Origin: Selaginella moellendorffii
Lineage: Eukaryota > Plantae > Lycopodiophyta
NCBI RefSeq assembly: GCF_000143415.4
Contig: NW_003314262.1
Coordinates: forward strand, 4,040,021-4,104,020
Direction of reading: 5' to 3'
Length of the DNA: 64,000 bases
Made by a program: the position numbers and the translations under genes. Positions 11,884 to 24,272 of this stretch are shown one piece after another. Position 1 is the stretch's first letter. Every line of letters starts with the position of its first letter. A model generated the notes under the pieces. It saw only the letters and a list, made by a program, of their open reading frames with translations. It made no database searches and was not told where the DNA came from.

Positions 11884-12799
11884 TCAAGTAAAGCTTGCCC
11901 GGACTAGTGGCTTACCTCTCGGTTTATGAAACGCGTAGACATGCACGAAGTTGTGACCAGCCACGACACCAAAGGCCAGTTGCCTGCGGGGCTGGGACGA
12001 GAACATCTCCCTCACACCAAGAATCATCCTTCCCACTGCCCAGCCATAGTGAATCTCCTCGCTCGAAACTTGCAGCATCCACACCACCTTGGACCAATCC
12101 AGGGTGTCGTCACTAACGTCGACGAGAGAAGAACCTTGCACGAAGTAGAAGCTCCCAGTGAAGCAGTTGCTGGAGATCATATGGTACACGACGGGTGCTT
12201 CCCGGATGATTGTGTCGAGCAGGGCGCGGAACCCATACATGACTGCCACTTCCTCCTGCTTGAACAGATCGGTGACGAGCGCTTCCTCTTCTGGATCCTC
12301 AAAGCCTCCCAACGCCAAGTGCCACCAAGAATCCCAGCTCGCCATCGCAGCCTGCAGCTTTAGCTGCAGCTCAGTGCTAACACCCCGAGAGGTGGAAAAC
12401 AGTCCGTCCTCCTCAAATTTTGCATCCTCGATGTTCAAGTCCAAGGCTGCACAATCCAGCGCTGCCTCGCGCACCTCCTTTGGCATACCTGTGCCAGGAA
12501 GATCATATCATCACAAGGAAGATCATAATAGAACGCTTACTTGGATCGACTACACCCTTGCCCACAAGGCCCTTGGCAATCCATTGTGGCACACCCCAAT
12601 CAACAAGACGCCCAGTGTAGACCCTTTGATCTCTAAAGTCCGCTGCTTTGCAAATGCCCTTGCTCACCAGCAAATCCGCCACCCTCTCCTTGTCCGAGCT
12701 AGGTAGCGATGGAAACACTCTTTCTAAAAGTTGGCGCACCGGTGTGACCTTTGGAATGCGTTTGCGCTGGAGAGCCTCCCACATCTCCCTCGTCGCCAT
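11884..12799 (-). CDS. Two-exon protein with SAM-like N-terminal header and degenerate REase-fold domain (Crinkler/CR-effector-like)
   Basis: A GT-AG intron at 12489-12540 joins ORFs 12503..12799 and 11884..12486 in frame (…VDPS-MPKE…). LVDWGVPQWIAKGL resembles a SAM helix-hairpin. GVREMFSSQPRRQLAFGVV resembles the QPxRxF motif of FunK1-associated REase domains. Confidence 0.6.
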
Positions 12800-12914
12800 A
12801 AGCCAGCTTAGCCAAAAGCTAACCTAGGATTGAACCCAAGACCTCTCCACAGAGTTATATCGTTTGTACGGCCATTTCTCCGTACCCCACAGTCTTTGTG
12901 CAAGGTTTTGCGGG

Positions 12915-15900
12915 ATGGAGGCGCTCCAAGGCGCAGCGATCGGGAATGCGTCGCCTCTCGGCGATCCTCCACTCTCCGAAATCCAGGTACTGGATCGCCT
13001 TAGGTTTCTCTTTGCCCTGTGCTCAGCTTGGATCCGACCGCTAGAAAATGGAGAGCGAGAGGAGATTGTGCGGCATTTGCGACGCCATTGTCGTGGAAAG
13101 GGGTTTGCTCGACTGCTGCGACCATATGTGAGTGCCGGTTTCTAAGCTTGCGACTTTAACTCTTCTGCTTCTTCGTCTTCTTCTTCCAGGTTTTGTTTCT
13201 CGTGTATCGAGGACTGGGCTACCGTGACGAATCTATGTCCAATGTGCAAGGCACAGTTCAAGTTCTTGACGTTCTTGGCGACTGTAAGTCTTGTTTTTTT
13301 TTCTTCTTGCTTTTCTCGCCGCAGCTATCTAACTAGAGCTCATGCTTAGAAATGTCAAGAATGACGAAGCGATTCAAGGAAGGAATGAGAATTCTTTCGT
13401 TGAAACAAGGTACTGGATCGATCGACCTCGCATACTGTGTGTGCTGCTCCTGATCATCGTGCTGTAGGGTGGCCGAAGAAGCCTTCTCTTATTTTATTGA
13501 TGAGGAGGTACCTTGTTCTTGGGTTTGGAGTGTTAAGATTGACACGGCTGATTCTTCCAGGCTATCGCGTGCCTTGATGGCGATGACTGCAAGCTCCGCA
13601 TGCAAGCACTTCAAACAGCGTTCGTGGATACATCCGTGGCTTGTGATAAATGCGATCGCTGGTATGAAAGTCTCTGTTACTACCTAGCTGCTTTAATAAT
13701 CTCGCTCGTGAAATCTTCAGGTACCATGCTTGCTGTGTTGGCTTTGATCCTGGGAAACCAAACGAGCGAACCTGGCTCTGTCCAAGGTACAATATCTGGG
13801 TTTGGACTGGTTGCTGATTGCGTCGCCAGGTGTGCTCTCCCTAACGAAGCCGTGGCTGACGAGCAAAAGGAAACTGTTACGGAGAAAAGTGCTAAACATG
13901 AAGAGGTTGCTGCGTCGATGAGCTTCGCTTTCATGGAAACAGGAGAGTCTGCTATTGTGATATCCATGGTTGGCGGGAAGGAAGGCAATGCGCAAGCGGA
14001 GCCTAGTAGTTTACCACCTTCGTCATCGCTTCCAGAGCCCCAGGAACACACAAGCCTTGACAAGCTTCTTGAAGATTTGGGCAAGCAAAATGCATCTGTT
14101 CATAACGACGAAGAGGGGCAAGAGCTTGAGGAGTTCGAAGAGGAACAAGAGTTTAAGCACGACGAGAAAGATGTAGAAGAGGAGTTTGGAAACTTCGGAG
14201 AGGAACAGCAGCTGGAAGATTTCGGTTTTGAAGATGCTGAGGAAGAACAAGAGCTGGAATTTGTGGAAGAGCAACAACAGGGACAGGAGGTAGAAGATTC
14301 TGAACAGAGAGACGAAGAACCTTGTCAAGATTTTCAGGTGGAGCCTCAGGTTTCGATTGACAGAGAAGACGTCGGACAGGAGTTGGCTGGGCCAGCCACG
14401 GACTTTGTTCCATCCGAGACTCTTCAAAACGTGACATCAGAAGCCGACGTCGAGATGAAAATCGAAGAACTCGTCAGTGATGATGACTCCGACGTTAAAC
14501 TCAGGTAAGAACTATTTTTTCATTCACAAACTTTGACACTGAAGGACGTACAGGCATCAGGTTGTCAAAGGTCGCGCTGTAGCGGAGGATTCTTCAGAAA
14601 AGCAAAACCAGACAGATGGGAAAGGCGTGAGAACCAGAATTATAATGAGGAGGGATGTAGACGACCAATCTCTTGCTGAAAAAATTCGCCGGCAAGTTGT
14701 AGAAGCGGCTGGTGGCGATGGAGCACAAGTATCCAACGAAAATCTATTGGCTGCTTACAAGGCAGCAATCGTCAAACGGGATGGACCAAAGCAGAAAAAG
14801 GCGGTCGACACTGCCAGGAAAAACTTGAAGAGAAAGCTATATGGTGGTATACGTGGTCGCCAGGTTTATGATAGGGACTGGGACGTCGCATTTTGGAGGG
14901 ACAAGGTCCTGGGTGACAAACGAAGAAAACCGGAACAAGAAGAGGCAGAGAATACCGAGTCTACTCCTCAGCAAGCTGATTCGATACTTGACAGGCTCTG
15001 CTTTGCCGACTGCTCATTGCTTCCTAAGAAGGAGGGCTTCCGGCCTCCGCCAGTGACCGAAGACAAGCCAAGGCCGAAGCCGACCTTACACCAAGCTTCC
15101 AAAACGTTGGAAGTGAAAACTGAGGTGCCGGTCGATGGAAATGCTGAGAAGGACAAGAAACAATGGGCGCTTGAGCTTTTGGCGAGGAAGAACAAGCAGC
15201 AAGTCCGGTCCACTCATGATACATTGAAGGGGAACTTCGTGCATCTGGTAAAAAAATCTAAATGAGACTCTGAGATGTTCTAACGTGTGTTCTCTGGCAG
15301 CCAAAACTTCCTATCGATATGAGACCATCTATAGAGCCTAATCCTCGAAGTAAAATTCCGAGTGCTGTTAGACAGGTGAGGTCCCCTACTCTTCTTTTCT
15401 CTAAAACATTTTCCCGTTATTTTCAGATTCAGCTGAACCGGTTAACGGACCACTACTTGAAGAAGGTCAAGATTGGAAGAAATCAAGCTTCCGAGGATGC
15501 AGTGAACGCTGCGCTTTCAAAGGAAGCTGAGATCTTTTTAAGATCGAACAGTAAAGGCGTCTATGTCAATCTCTGTGCAAGGGCTTTGGCTCAAGGAGAC
15601 GCTCCACCAGCTAAGGCCAACGTCGAGACGAACAAGGATGTTGTTGCTGAAGCCTTGGTGGCGGCCGGTTTGGTTTCAGATTCTCCTCCCGGAAGTCCTC
15701 TCCCTCAAGAAGAAGCGGCTGCTCAACCGGGTGCTCAACCGGCTGCTGATGTTATTGAAGCTCCAGAGGCACAAGAACCATCTCGGGGTACCGAGGTTTT
15801 AACGAATCCAGGGTCGGGGAAGCAGGGAATAACTGCGTTACTCGAGCATCTCAGGAAAGAAGAGGAACCAGAATTACCGGGACTGGAACCAGTTTGTACT

Positions 15901-16925
15901 CCTTCAGGTAAACTCTTGGCTCGAAGTTGTGCAATTTGCTCAAGCATGATTCGCAGAATCCAAACAAGAAAAAGCGGATGTCAAAAGCGAAAGCTTACAC
16001 GTTCCGGAAGGTGGCTCAAATGCAGCTGACGCTCCGGAAAGTGACTCAAATGCAACGGATGCTACTGTGTCTGCGAAACAGGAAGATACTACAGCTCTGA
16101 CAAACGAAGAAACAGTAAAAGAAAAGGAGGAGGAGAAACAGAACCCGTGCAAAGTTGCAGGTAATCGTGTTGAATCGTATGCTTTCTTTAATACCTCGTC
16201 AACATTGCAGATAGCGAAAAAGATATTGAGAAGAGTCCTGTTGATCACAAGGAAGGTGTCAAGAACCAAGAAAATGCGAAAGTCGAGGCCATAAAACCCG
16301 AGCAAGACGCTACAGCCACCAAAGCTCACGCGGACAAGCGCGCGGACAGAAGCTCGAGAAAACACCCGAGGGATCCCGCCAGGCCGGACAGGCATGCGGC
16401 GAGGAAGAAGGAGAAAGTCGGCCCCGAGGACCCGATGAGCGACGAAAAATTCTCGGAGCTGGACAGCCGCATCGACCGAGTCAGGAGCAGCATCGCGCAG
16501 CAGTTCGGCGAGAACAGCGACATTGCCCAACAGATACGAGAGAGCTCCGGGAGCCAAGCTCCAAAGCCGCGTAAGCCAGCGCCGGATCATCCTCGAAAGC
16601 ACCAGAGATCGTCTCCATCCGTGCAAGAACAGGTTTTTTCGTGCATTTTTCTTTGGTTTTTCGTGCTTGTGTTTTGATCGTTTGTTGGCGTGATCATCAG
16701 GTGGAAATGTATGTCAAGGAACACATAAGACCACTGTACAAGAGTGGTGTGATCATGGCCGAGCAATACCAGTGGACTGTGAGCAAGACTACTGCCAAAG
16801 TTATGCAGCATCACAAGGACGCTCCCTCGGCGGAATTTCTCATAAGCGAAGGCGGAAGAGTGAAAAAATTGGCCGAGCAATACTTGCAAAGGTTTGCGCA
16901 AGAGAAGAAGGAATCAAAGAAATAA
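12915..16925 (+). CDS. Multi-exon RING + PHD finger protein with C-terminal SRI-like domain (At4g10930-like)
   Basis: Spliced [19 protein letters not shown]…[20 protein letters not shown] (RING); [18 protein letters not shown]…WLCPR (PHD); terminal [13 protein letters not shown]…KTTAKVM…VKKLAEQY. Confidence 0.85.
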
Positions 16926-17128
16926 TAAAAAGTATCATCTTTTTGGCCACGTTGAAGATACTTTCCTCGTGACAATATACACGTGGCAGGATCGACTTGC
17001 ATAGGTTAGGGTTTATCTTTGTTTGGAGGGGAAGAATCGATCGATCGATAGCGGAGACTTGCGAAGGTAATTTCTTGCATCGCGCTTCGCGATTTGTGAG
17101 TGATCGGTGCTCTCCCTCTCGCAGCAGC

Positions 17129-17704
17129 ATGGCGGCGTCTTTGATTGCATGTGTTCCAGCGACGATCCCACGGCAATGTAGCGGATTTGGCAGCAGCTCC
17201 TCCTCCCTGGCGGCGGCGCCGCGCATTTGCAGCGTGAGATGTCGCGCTTCCTCGGAGAATGGATCCCACTTCGCCCAATTTCTCAACCTAGATGCTTTCG
17301 ACAACGCTCTCCAGGTAAGATTTTGGGCTTTGCTTTGCTTTGCTGGGATGTTCTTAGCTGTTCTTCTGTGGTTTCCAAGGTTTTCCGCGATGAATCGAAG
17401 GGAATAGTTTGCTACCGGACCCCGACTGGAGAGATCACTTGCGAAGGCATCGACGAGGGTCCTCACTTCGAGCCTGCTGCCGAGAATCAAAAGGGGTAAG
17501 AAAGGATCCTTTTTCTTTTCTTCCTTTCGTGTTCTTGGGATAGTTTTCATGGTTTTTCTCTTTGTTTCCGCAGACTTTTCCTTTCGCAGCTACTGTTTGT
17601 CAAAGGCGCTGAAGAACCACTCGTGAATGTACGATTTTTCTTGATTTTATGTTGCTGTGATGAATCGAATCTAACACTTTGGATGATAGGGAGCTGGAAT
17701 TTAA
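17129..17704 (+). CDS. Small conserved plant protein with transit-peptide-like N-terminus (GIVCY…GEITCEGIDEGP motif)
   Basis: Four exons splice in frame with GT-AG introns; Ser/Ala/Arg-rich N-terminus. Confidence 0.7.
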
Positions 17705-18288
17705 GTAAAGGACTATAGCGATGATATTGTTTCGTTAAAGTATGACTAAAGGATCACACCGCGTGTATGTTTCAAACCAAAGCCTAAATGTGACGGGGAA
17801 CCATGTAAATTCTCATACTCTATCAATCTTTGTCGATATCAGTCGATTATTAAATTACTGGAAAGATCCAACGGCCTGGATCGCGACTCGTTTGTGCGGT
17901 CCAGATCGTTTAGTATTTTAGCCGGCTTGGCCACGTGAAGGCAGTCAGTTAGTTACTAGCGCCATCGCTCAAGAACCCTACCGCGCCCTCTCAGCGAAGC
18001 TGATGAAGTCATGCCGCCGTGAGGGCGCCAAAGGAGCAATCGATCGGCATCGATCCATTGCGGTAATCAGCATTTGGCATCGCAATGCCGGATCCAAGGA
18101 AGCTGCCTTGATGATCTTCCCCTAGGGTTCTACGCATCGCGGGGGATGAGAATGACGATCTCGGTAAGCAAAATGTGGATTTCTTTTGTTCTTCGTCGAT
18201 TCTCATCGAAGCCTTCGCTCCAGAGCGAAGAGATGAGGTGTGGAGCGTGAGATTTCGACTTGGCATTGGGACAAATTCTTCATAGATC

Positions 18289-20564
18289 ATGGGAAGGTAT
18301 CAGAGTCCGCTAGTGAAACACGATCTTTCCCGGCTGGAGGACCCCGAGAGCCGGCACATCGCTCTCACGTCGCTCAAGAACTGCGTCAAGCAACTGGAAG
18401 CCGAGTGCCTCCCATTCTTCCTCGACCAGATCAGCGAAGCTCATCACGATATCTCTCGCCCCTACGTTATCTCCCTCTACGAGGACATAGCACGGACACA
18501 CCAAACGCTGCTGGTACCTTACATTCCTCGAATCATGGAGGCACTGATCACTGCTCTCTCTGAAAGTGGCAGCTCGCTCCACGTCCACCGCGCGTGTGCC
18601 AAGGTGGTGGCCGCGCTCGCAAAGTTTTGCATCGATCTGGAGAGGTTGACGCATCAGGCCAAGGAGGTTCTACGCTTGCTCTGCGAGCCACTGCTGTGCG
18701 TGCTCGTCGGGAAGTTCGAGCCAGTCTCCGCCGGTGCCGCGGTGAGCCTCCAAGCTCTGGTGGAGTCCGAGAACTGGATCCACGCTCCAAAAGAGCTTGT
18801 CAACGAGGTGTGCTTCAGGGTGACGGCAGCTATGTCCGGGAAGTCGGCTCCGACGGTGGCTCACTTGCATCTGGCCTGCGCGGTTGCGAAGGTGAACAGG
18901 GAAGTTTTCGAGAGCTATGGACTGGAGCTCATGAATGCGGCAAAGTACATACTCCAAACAGCTGGTTCTTGGACTTTGAGAGTGGCCGCCGCAGAGCTCT
19001 TGAATCTGGTGCTGAGCATGGTGGACGGGATAGTTTTGTCGACAGAGATAGCATCTGTGATCGACGTTCTAGAGAGGTACCGGCTGGACAGGATGCCAAA
19101 GGTGAGGTCTGCGGTGGCCGAAGCGTTAAGGACGGCTAAGTCATGCTACTACAACGGCGGACGAGCGACGACGAAAATGATATTCTCTGTTGGAGTTGAG
19201 ACAAAAAGGCGGCAAGAACTTCACGACGCGGGGATTCGATCGATACTGCTCCCTTCTTTTCACAACGAGTTTGGGAAGCGGGATGCTGGATTGAGAAGGG
19301 CTGTGGCTCCAAAGTTTGATCGCGGGGGTGGCGGCGGTGAGGAGGTTGGAGGATACGACTTTGTGATCGTGGAAGACTACGGGGAACCGTGCCAGCAGTA
19401 TGGAAGACGCAGCGGGAAGGGAGCTGGAAGACGTTTTGGAAACAGAGCTGGGAAAGTTAAGAGCGAGCCCCGGGTGAGACACACAGTTTCAGCAGAACCA
19501 GGAGGATATGTTATACAGGAATGGATCAAGGTCGATGATCATGAACGGTTCCCTCATCCTCATTGTGGAGTGCTGGCTGGCATTGAAGAAGGGGAGGAGT
19601 ACGAGGAGGAGCCGACTTACGTGAGAGAATCCATGTACAACAAGCAGTTCTATTCGCCGTCGAGCGAGAGGCATGTCGTGATCTTTGACGAAGATCAAGT
19701 GGTTACGGACACATGCAAGCGTCTGATCGAGGTTTGTGCGTTTTCTTTTGTTTTTGTTTCTTCTCAATCGCGTTTGCTTTCCAGAATTCTGAGGCACCGT
19801 CAACTTTCACTGGTCTCTCAGCTCCAGAACCCGTGCCGTCCACTTCGGAGCCAGGCAGTATTGAGCATCCAAGTAGCAGTAACTTGATCCAAGATCCTGA
19901 GCAGGAAGAATGGAGCGTGCGAGACAATCCTATCGCCGCGAAATCCGACGAAGGTAGAAGTCCCTACGAGAGATCTATCACACCTCCAGCGAGGCTGGAC
20001 GCTGCTCGTTCTCCAAAGGCACAGGAAGTTATCATAAGCAATGCTGTGGTAGAAGAAATTTTCGAGCCAACACCTTTGCGTTGCGATGAAGAACAAATCC
20101 TCCAGCAAGAAGTAGCAGCGTTGGCTGGCATCAGTGACACGCGCAACAAGGAAAACAGGGACTCATCTGAACTAAACGACTGCAGCTTGAATTCTCCGGA
20201 ACAGACAGAGCTCAAAGGCGAGAACGTCACCGAAGAAATGGTGGACACATTCCGGCGGTCATGGGAAGTTCTCGAGACGAATGACAAGCATGAAGTTAGC
20301 ATGGGGGTTGTGGAGGACGACCAGGTGGTGACGAAAGTTTACTCTAGCAGGAAGCAGCAGCTGGTGAATGCTCTCACCGCATCGTTCACAGGCCGACTTT
20401 GGCAAGAACACCACCAAAGAGAAGGCTGGCACAAAAAGCTCCAGAGTGGAGTGGAGAGATTGCTCGGGGGGTCCGTCTGTGCGGCACTGGCGATCCCAGC
20501 AGCTATGGCTTTGATCAAGTGCTTGGAACCAAACTTTGGAGGCCGAGAGATGGTGCCAACGTGA
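18289..20564 (+). CDS. SINE1: SINE1/SINE2-like ARM-repeat KASH protein of the outer nuclear envelope
   Basis: N-terminal PLVKHDLSRLEDPESRHIALTSLKNCVKQL ARM region; one intron at ~19732-19784; C-terminal hydrophobic segment followed by plant KASH-type tail …MVPT*. Confidence 0.85.
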
Positions 20565-20798
20565 AACTCGACCAAGATCAAGAGTTCGCTACGATCGAGC
20601 TAGAATCGGTCGGACTAAACGATCGAGAAGAGAAGCGATTTAAGTTTCGCTGTGGCGAAACGCTGGTGCCACTTGATCGAGACGAGGAGGTAATTTACTT
20701 TTTTTTTTCTCTTCCACCGCCATCGCCATCGCCATCGCAATCCTGTGTAAGCTCGCGCAACTAAAAAACCCCGCCCAGTGTGTGGAATATGCCCTGGC

Positions 20799-20810
20799 CG
20801 CCACGTGGCG
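20799..20810. promoter_or_regulatory. Perfect palindromic G-box (cgccacgtggcg) upstream of RAD23
   Basis: Directly visible, followed by a TATA-like tattata; telo-box ttagggttt at ~20936. Confidence 0.55.
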
Positions 20811-20964
20811 TCCTATTATATTCCCCTTGTAAATTAAAAGCAATCACTTGGGACGCAAAAAAGCGGAAGGAGGAGGGTAGTGATCTTTTTGTGGTGATAC
20901 AGATCTCCTTTGTTAGGGCATAGATCGCCGAGGCTTTAGGGTTTGAGCGGCAAGGGCGAGGGAG

Positions 20965-22741
20965 ATGAAGATTTCCGTCAAGACGCTCAAGGGCAACCAC
21001 TTCGATCTCGATGTGCAGCCGGCGGACACGGTAAGCGCGCTCACGAATTCGCTGCTCTGCCCGGCGCTTTCTCGCTTTTCGCCCCCTCGCGCAGCTGGGG
21101 TTCTTGGATTGCTCGAAACTTAGGGTTTTTGGCACAGGTGATTGCCGTGAAGAAACAGATTGAGGACCTCCAAGGCAAAGAGAGCTTCCCGTGCGCGCAA
21201 CAGCTCCTGATTCACCAGGGCAAGGTTCTCAAGGATGAGACCACCATGGACGAGAACAAAGTCTCGGAGAACGGTTTCCTGGTAGTTATGCTCACCAAGG
21301 TATGTGCTGCGTGGTTTGTTGCTGTGATGGAGCTGTATCTAAGGTTTTGTTTGGTTTCCTCAGAGTAAAACCGCTGCCCCTACGTCGTCTGGTGCCACTC
21401 CAAGTAGCACACCGCAAGCTGCTCCAGCGACCGTGACGACCACGCCATCTCCGGCACCCCCGGCTCCAGCTCCGAGTCCCGCAGCTCCGGCATCGCCCGC
21501 TGCTCCAGCTCCAGTTCCAGCTCCAGCTCCAGCTCCAGCACCAGCTCCAGCTCCGGCTCCGGCTGTTACGCAGTAAGTAAATTGTATTTGCTTCATCTCT
21601 TCTGGTGCTCATTGTCACTGGTTTTTCTTCGCAGGCCTCCAGCAGCAACTAGCGATGTCTATGGACAGGCTGCCTCGAATCTCGTTGCCGGCACTGGGCT
21701 CGAGCAAACTATCCAACAGCTGGTAGACATGGGTGGTGGAAGCTGGGACAGGGATAGCTGCGCCCGCGCTCTTCGTGCTGCTTACAACAATCCCGAGAGA
21801 GCTGTGGAGTACTTGTACTCGGTAAGCTGCCTGGGATTTGAGTAGCTTACTTTGTTCTCTCGCTATAGGGGATTCCAGACGTGGCTGATGCTCCTCCCGT
21901 TGCACGGGCCCCTCCTGCTGCTCCTGCGGCTGCCACTGCTCCCCCGTCGGCAGCACCGACCGGTGGAGTGCCTGCTCCTGCGGCGACTGGTGGTCCTAAC
22001 GCAGTTCCGTTGGATCTCTTTCCACAAGTACGTACTCGTTTGGTACTTTTGACATTTTCTTATTGTTTCCAACACCCTAGGGGATGCCTGGGCTAGCTCC
22101 GGCGGGTGGAGGCGGAAATGGGGCACTGGATTTTCTACGGAACAATGCACAGGTGAAGACGATGAGTTTTTTGGACTCTTATGAAGTTCCCTTTGTGTGC
22201 AGTTCCAAGCTTTGAGAACCATGGTGCAACAAAATCCCCAGCTGTTGCAGGTAAATTCTCGTGCCTCCCATGCCCGCTCTAACGGTGAGCTGTGCAGCCC
22301 ATGCTCCAAGAACTGGGCAGACAAAACCCCCAGCTACTGCGCCTCATCAATGAAAACCACGTTGAGTTTCTTCGCCTGATAAGCGAAGCTGGGGGAGAGA
22401 ACCCCGAAGCTGGGTACGTTTATCTTTTCGCCATGGATTGCTTTGCTTCAACTTTCTGGTGTGATGAATCCAGTGATTTGCTTGGACAACTAGCGGGAGC
22501 CATGCCGCAGTCGATCAGCGTCACGCCGGAAGAGAGAGAAGCGATTGAAAGGGTACGGAAGAAAACTCTTCGTGACTTTGGCGATGTAATGACTGTGGGT
22601 TTTGCTCGTTCTTCTTCCGTGCAGTTAGAAGCGATGGGCTTTGATCGGGCGTCTGTAATTGAAGCGTTCTTGGCTTGCGACAAAAACGAGCAATTGGCCG
22701 CCAACTATCTACTGGAGCATTCAGGGGACTATGAGGATTAG
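20965..22741 (+). CDS. RAD23: Ubiquitin receptor RAD23 (UBL-UBA-STI1-UBA)
   Basis: [10 protein letters not shown]; [10 protein letters not shown]; [18 protein letters not shown]; [11 protein letters not shown]; [17 protein letters not shown]; multi-exon. Confidence 0.97.
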
Positions 22742-22914
22742 AAGTGAAACAAATTCTTTGCTGTGCATGAACGAAGGACGGTTTATTGAAAAAGGAATGT
22801 GCGTTTTTATGGAGAGAGAAGCATAACTAAGTTGGGTTTTTCTTTTTCTTTTGCTGCATCTAATATGTTAATACTGCAAAGCGATAATCTTTGATCTCGA
22901 CAATTTTTAGCATT

Positions 22915-23170
22915 CTTTTTAGCATGGATTATCTTAGATCTTAAACTTCTAGCCTGGAAGTTTATCTTAGACCTCGAGCAAAATTTTTCTAGCATGATCC
23001 CGAGACAAGTTCTCTAAACATTTCTAGCGTGGATTATCGAGCAAAGGTTTTCTAGCATGGGTTATCTTCCTGAGACAGTTCTCCAAACATGTCTAGCGTG
23101 GATTATCAAAATCCAAAAGTTTCTAGCATGCATTATCTTAGATCTCGAGCAAAGTTCTTTCTAGCATGGA
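22915..23170. repeat. Degenerate minisatellite with core ttctagc[a/g]tggattatc between convergent RAD23 and PII
   Basis: About 7-8 imperfect cores with variable, mutually related linkers. Confidence 0.8.
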
Positions 23171-23176
23171 AGAGCC

Positions 23177-24145
23177 TTAGGTGGTGGAAGAAAGGATGTC
23201 TGCGCGACCTCCCACCATTCTCTCGGCTTGGAGTCCGCGCTCGCCGGTTCTAACACGGATCACATCCGCGACTGGGATCACTGCAAGCACACGCGGTTCT
23301 TGTTGGATTCCAAGTCCAGAGATTCTCGTCTTGCTTACCAAAAATCTTGCCGTCCCCGATCTCTCCAGTTCTCGCTTCTTCCAGAACCGTGTCGATCACA
23401 AGCTCCACCTGGATTTCCATGCAGAGATGAAACAAAAGTTTGTAAAGCAGCGAAGAAACCGACCTGATCCGCAGACACCACAACCTCCATTTTGATCTTT
23501 GTCACGAACTTGTCTTCCGAGAACTCGGAGCCTGTCAAGCCTCTCACGAGTTACAATCCTGGAAGCTTTTGTTCTTCAGAGGGAGAAAGGAAAGAAAACA
23601 CACCGGCATGTCGTTCGAGAGCTCCACCTTGAGCGCCTAAACCACGAACATCGCTCACAGTTACTCCCCGAATTCCAGCTCTCAGCAATGCCTGATTGAA
23701 AGATCACAAAGCTTGAATCAAAAAAACCTTGCATCCCTGAGAGTTCTTACCCCTGATACTTGGGATAGTCTCCACGGTCTAGAAAAAAAAAGAGACAAGC
23801 AAAGAAATTCAAACCAAACACACAAATGCCATACCTTACAATAGCCTCTACCTTGTAAAAGTCGGCTCTAGGGCGATACTCTGCGAGAGAGAGGAAGAGA
23901 AAAGATTTCGAGCTCTAGACTGATCCAGAGCAGCAAATCGAAGAAGAATCTCCAGTCTTACCAGGTGTGCCATCGCTACTCATGGCTCGAACACCTACAT
24001 TTGATCGTCGGATCCACAGCTCAGCCCCAGACGAAGAGGATCGCAACGCCAAGCGCGATCGCGGCGATGCTAAACGGGAGTGACATAGCTGCTGGCGATG
24101 CAAGGGATGGATCGAGGGGGCGCAGGCAACAGCGGCCACTTCCAT
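23177..24145 (-). CDS. GLB1: Chloroplast nitrogen regulatory protein PII
   Basis: Transit peptide; FYKVEAI; GSEFSEDKFV; ARTGEIGDGKIF; VIRVRTGERG…ERMVGGRAD; multi-exon. Confidence 0.96.
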
Positions 24146-24272
24146 TCCTCGTCAAGGGCGAAAAGGCTTCGAACCAGGGACCTTTTGGTAATCTCTTAGA
24201 ATATTCTACTTACAGCTAGGGCAGCCTATAAAGGGAGACCTCTTAGCGAAGGTTTAGGGTTTATCGATTGGT

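Noticed and set aside
21490-21565. (ccagct)n repeat
   Set aside because: It encodes the ordinary Pro-Ala linker of RAD23.
22915-23170. CRISPR-like repeat/spacer look
   Set aside because: Repeats are degenerate, spacers are related to each other and vary in length, there are no cas genes, and the context is eukaryotic.
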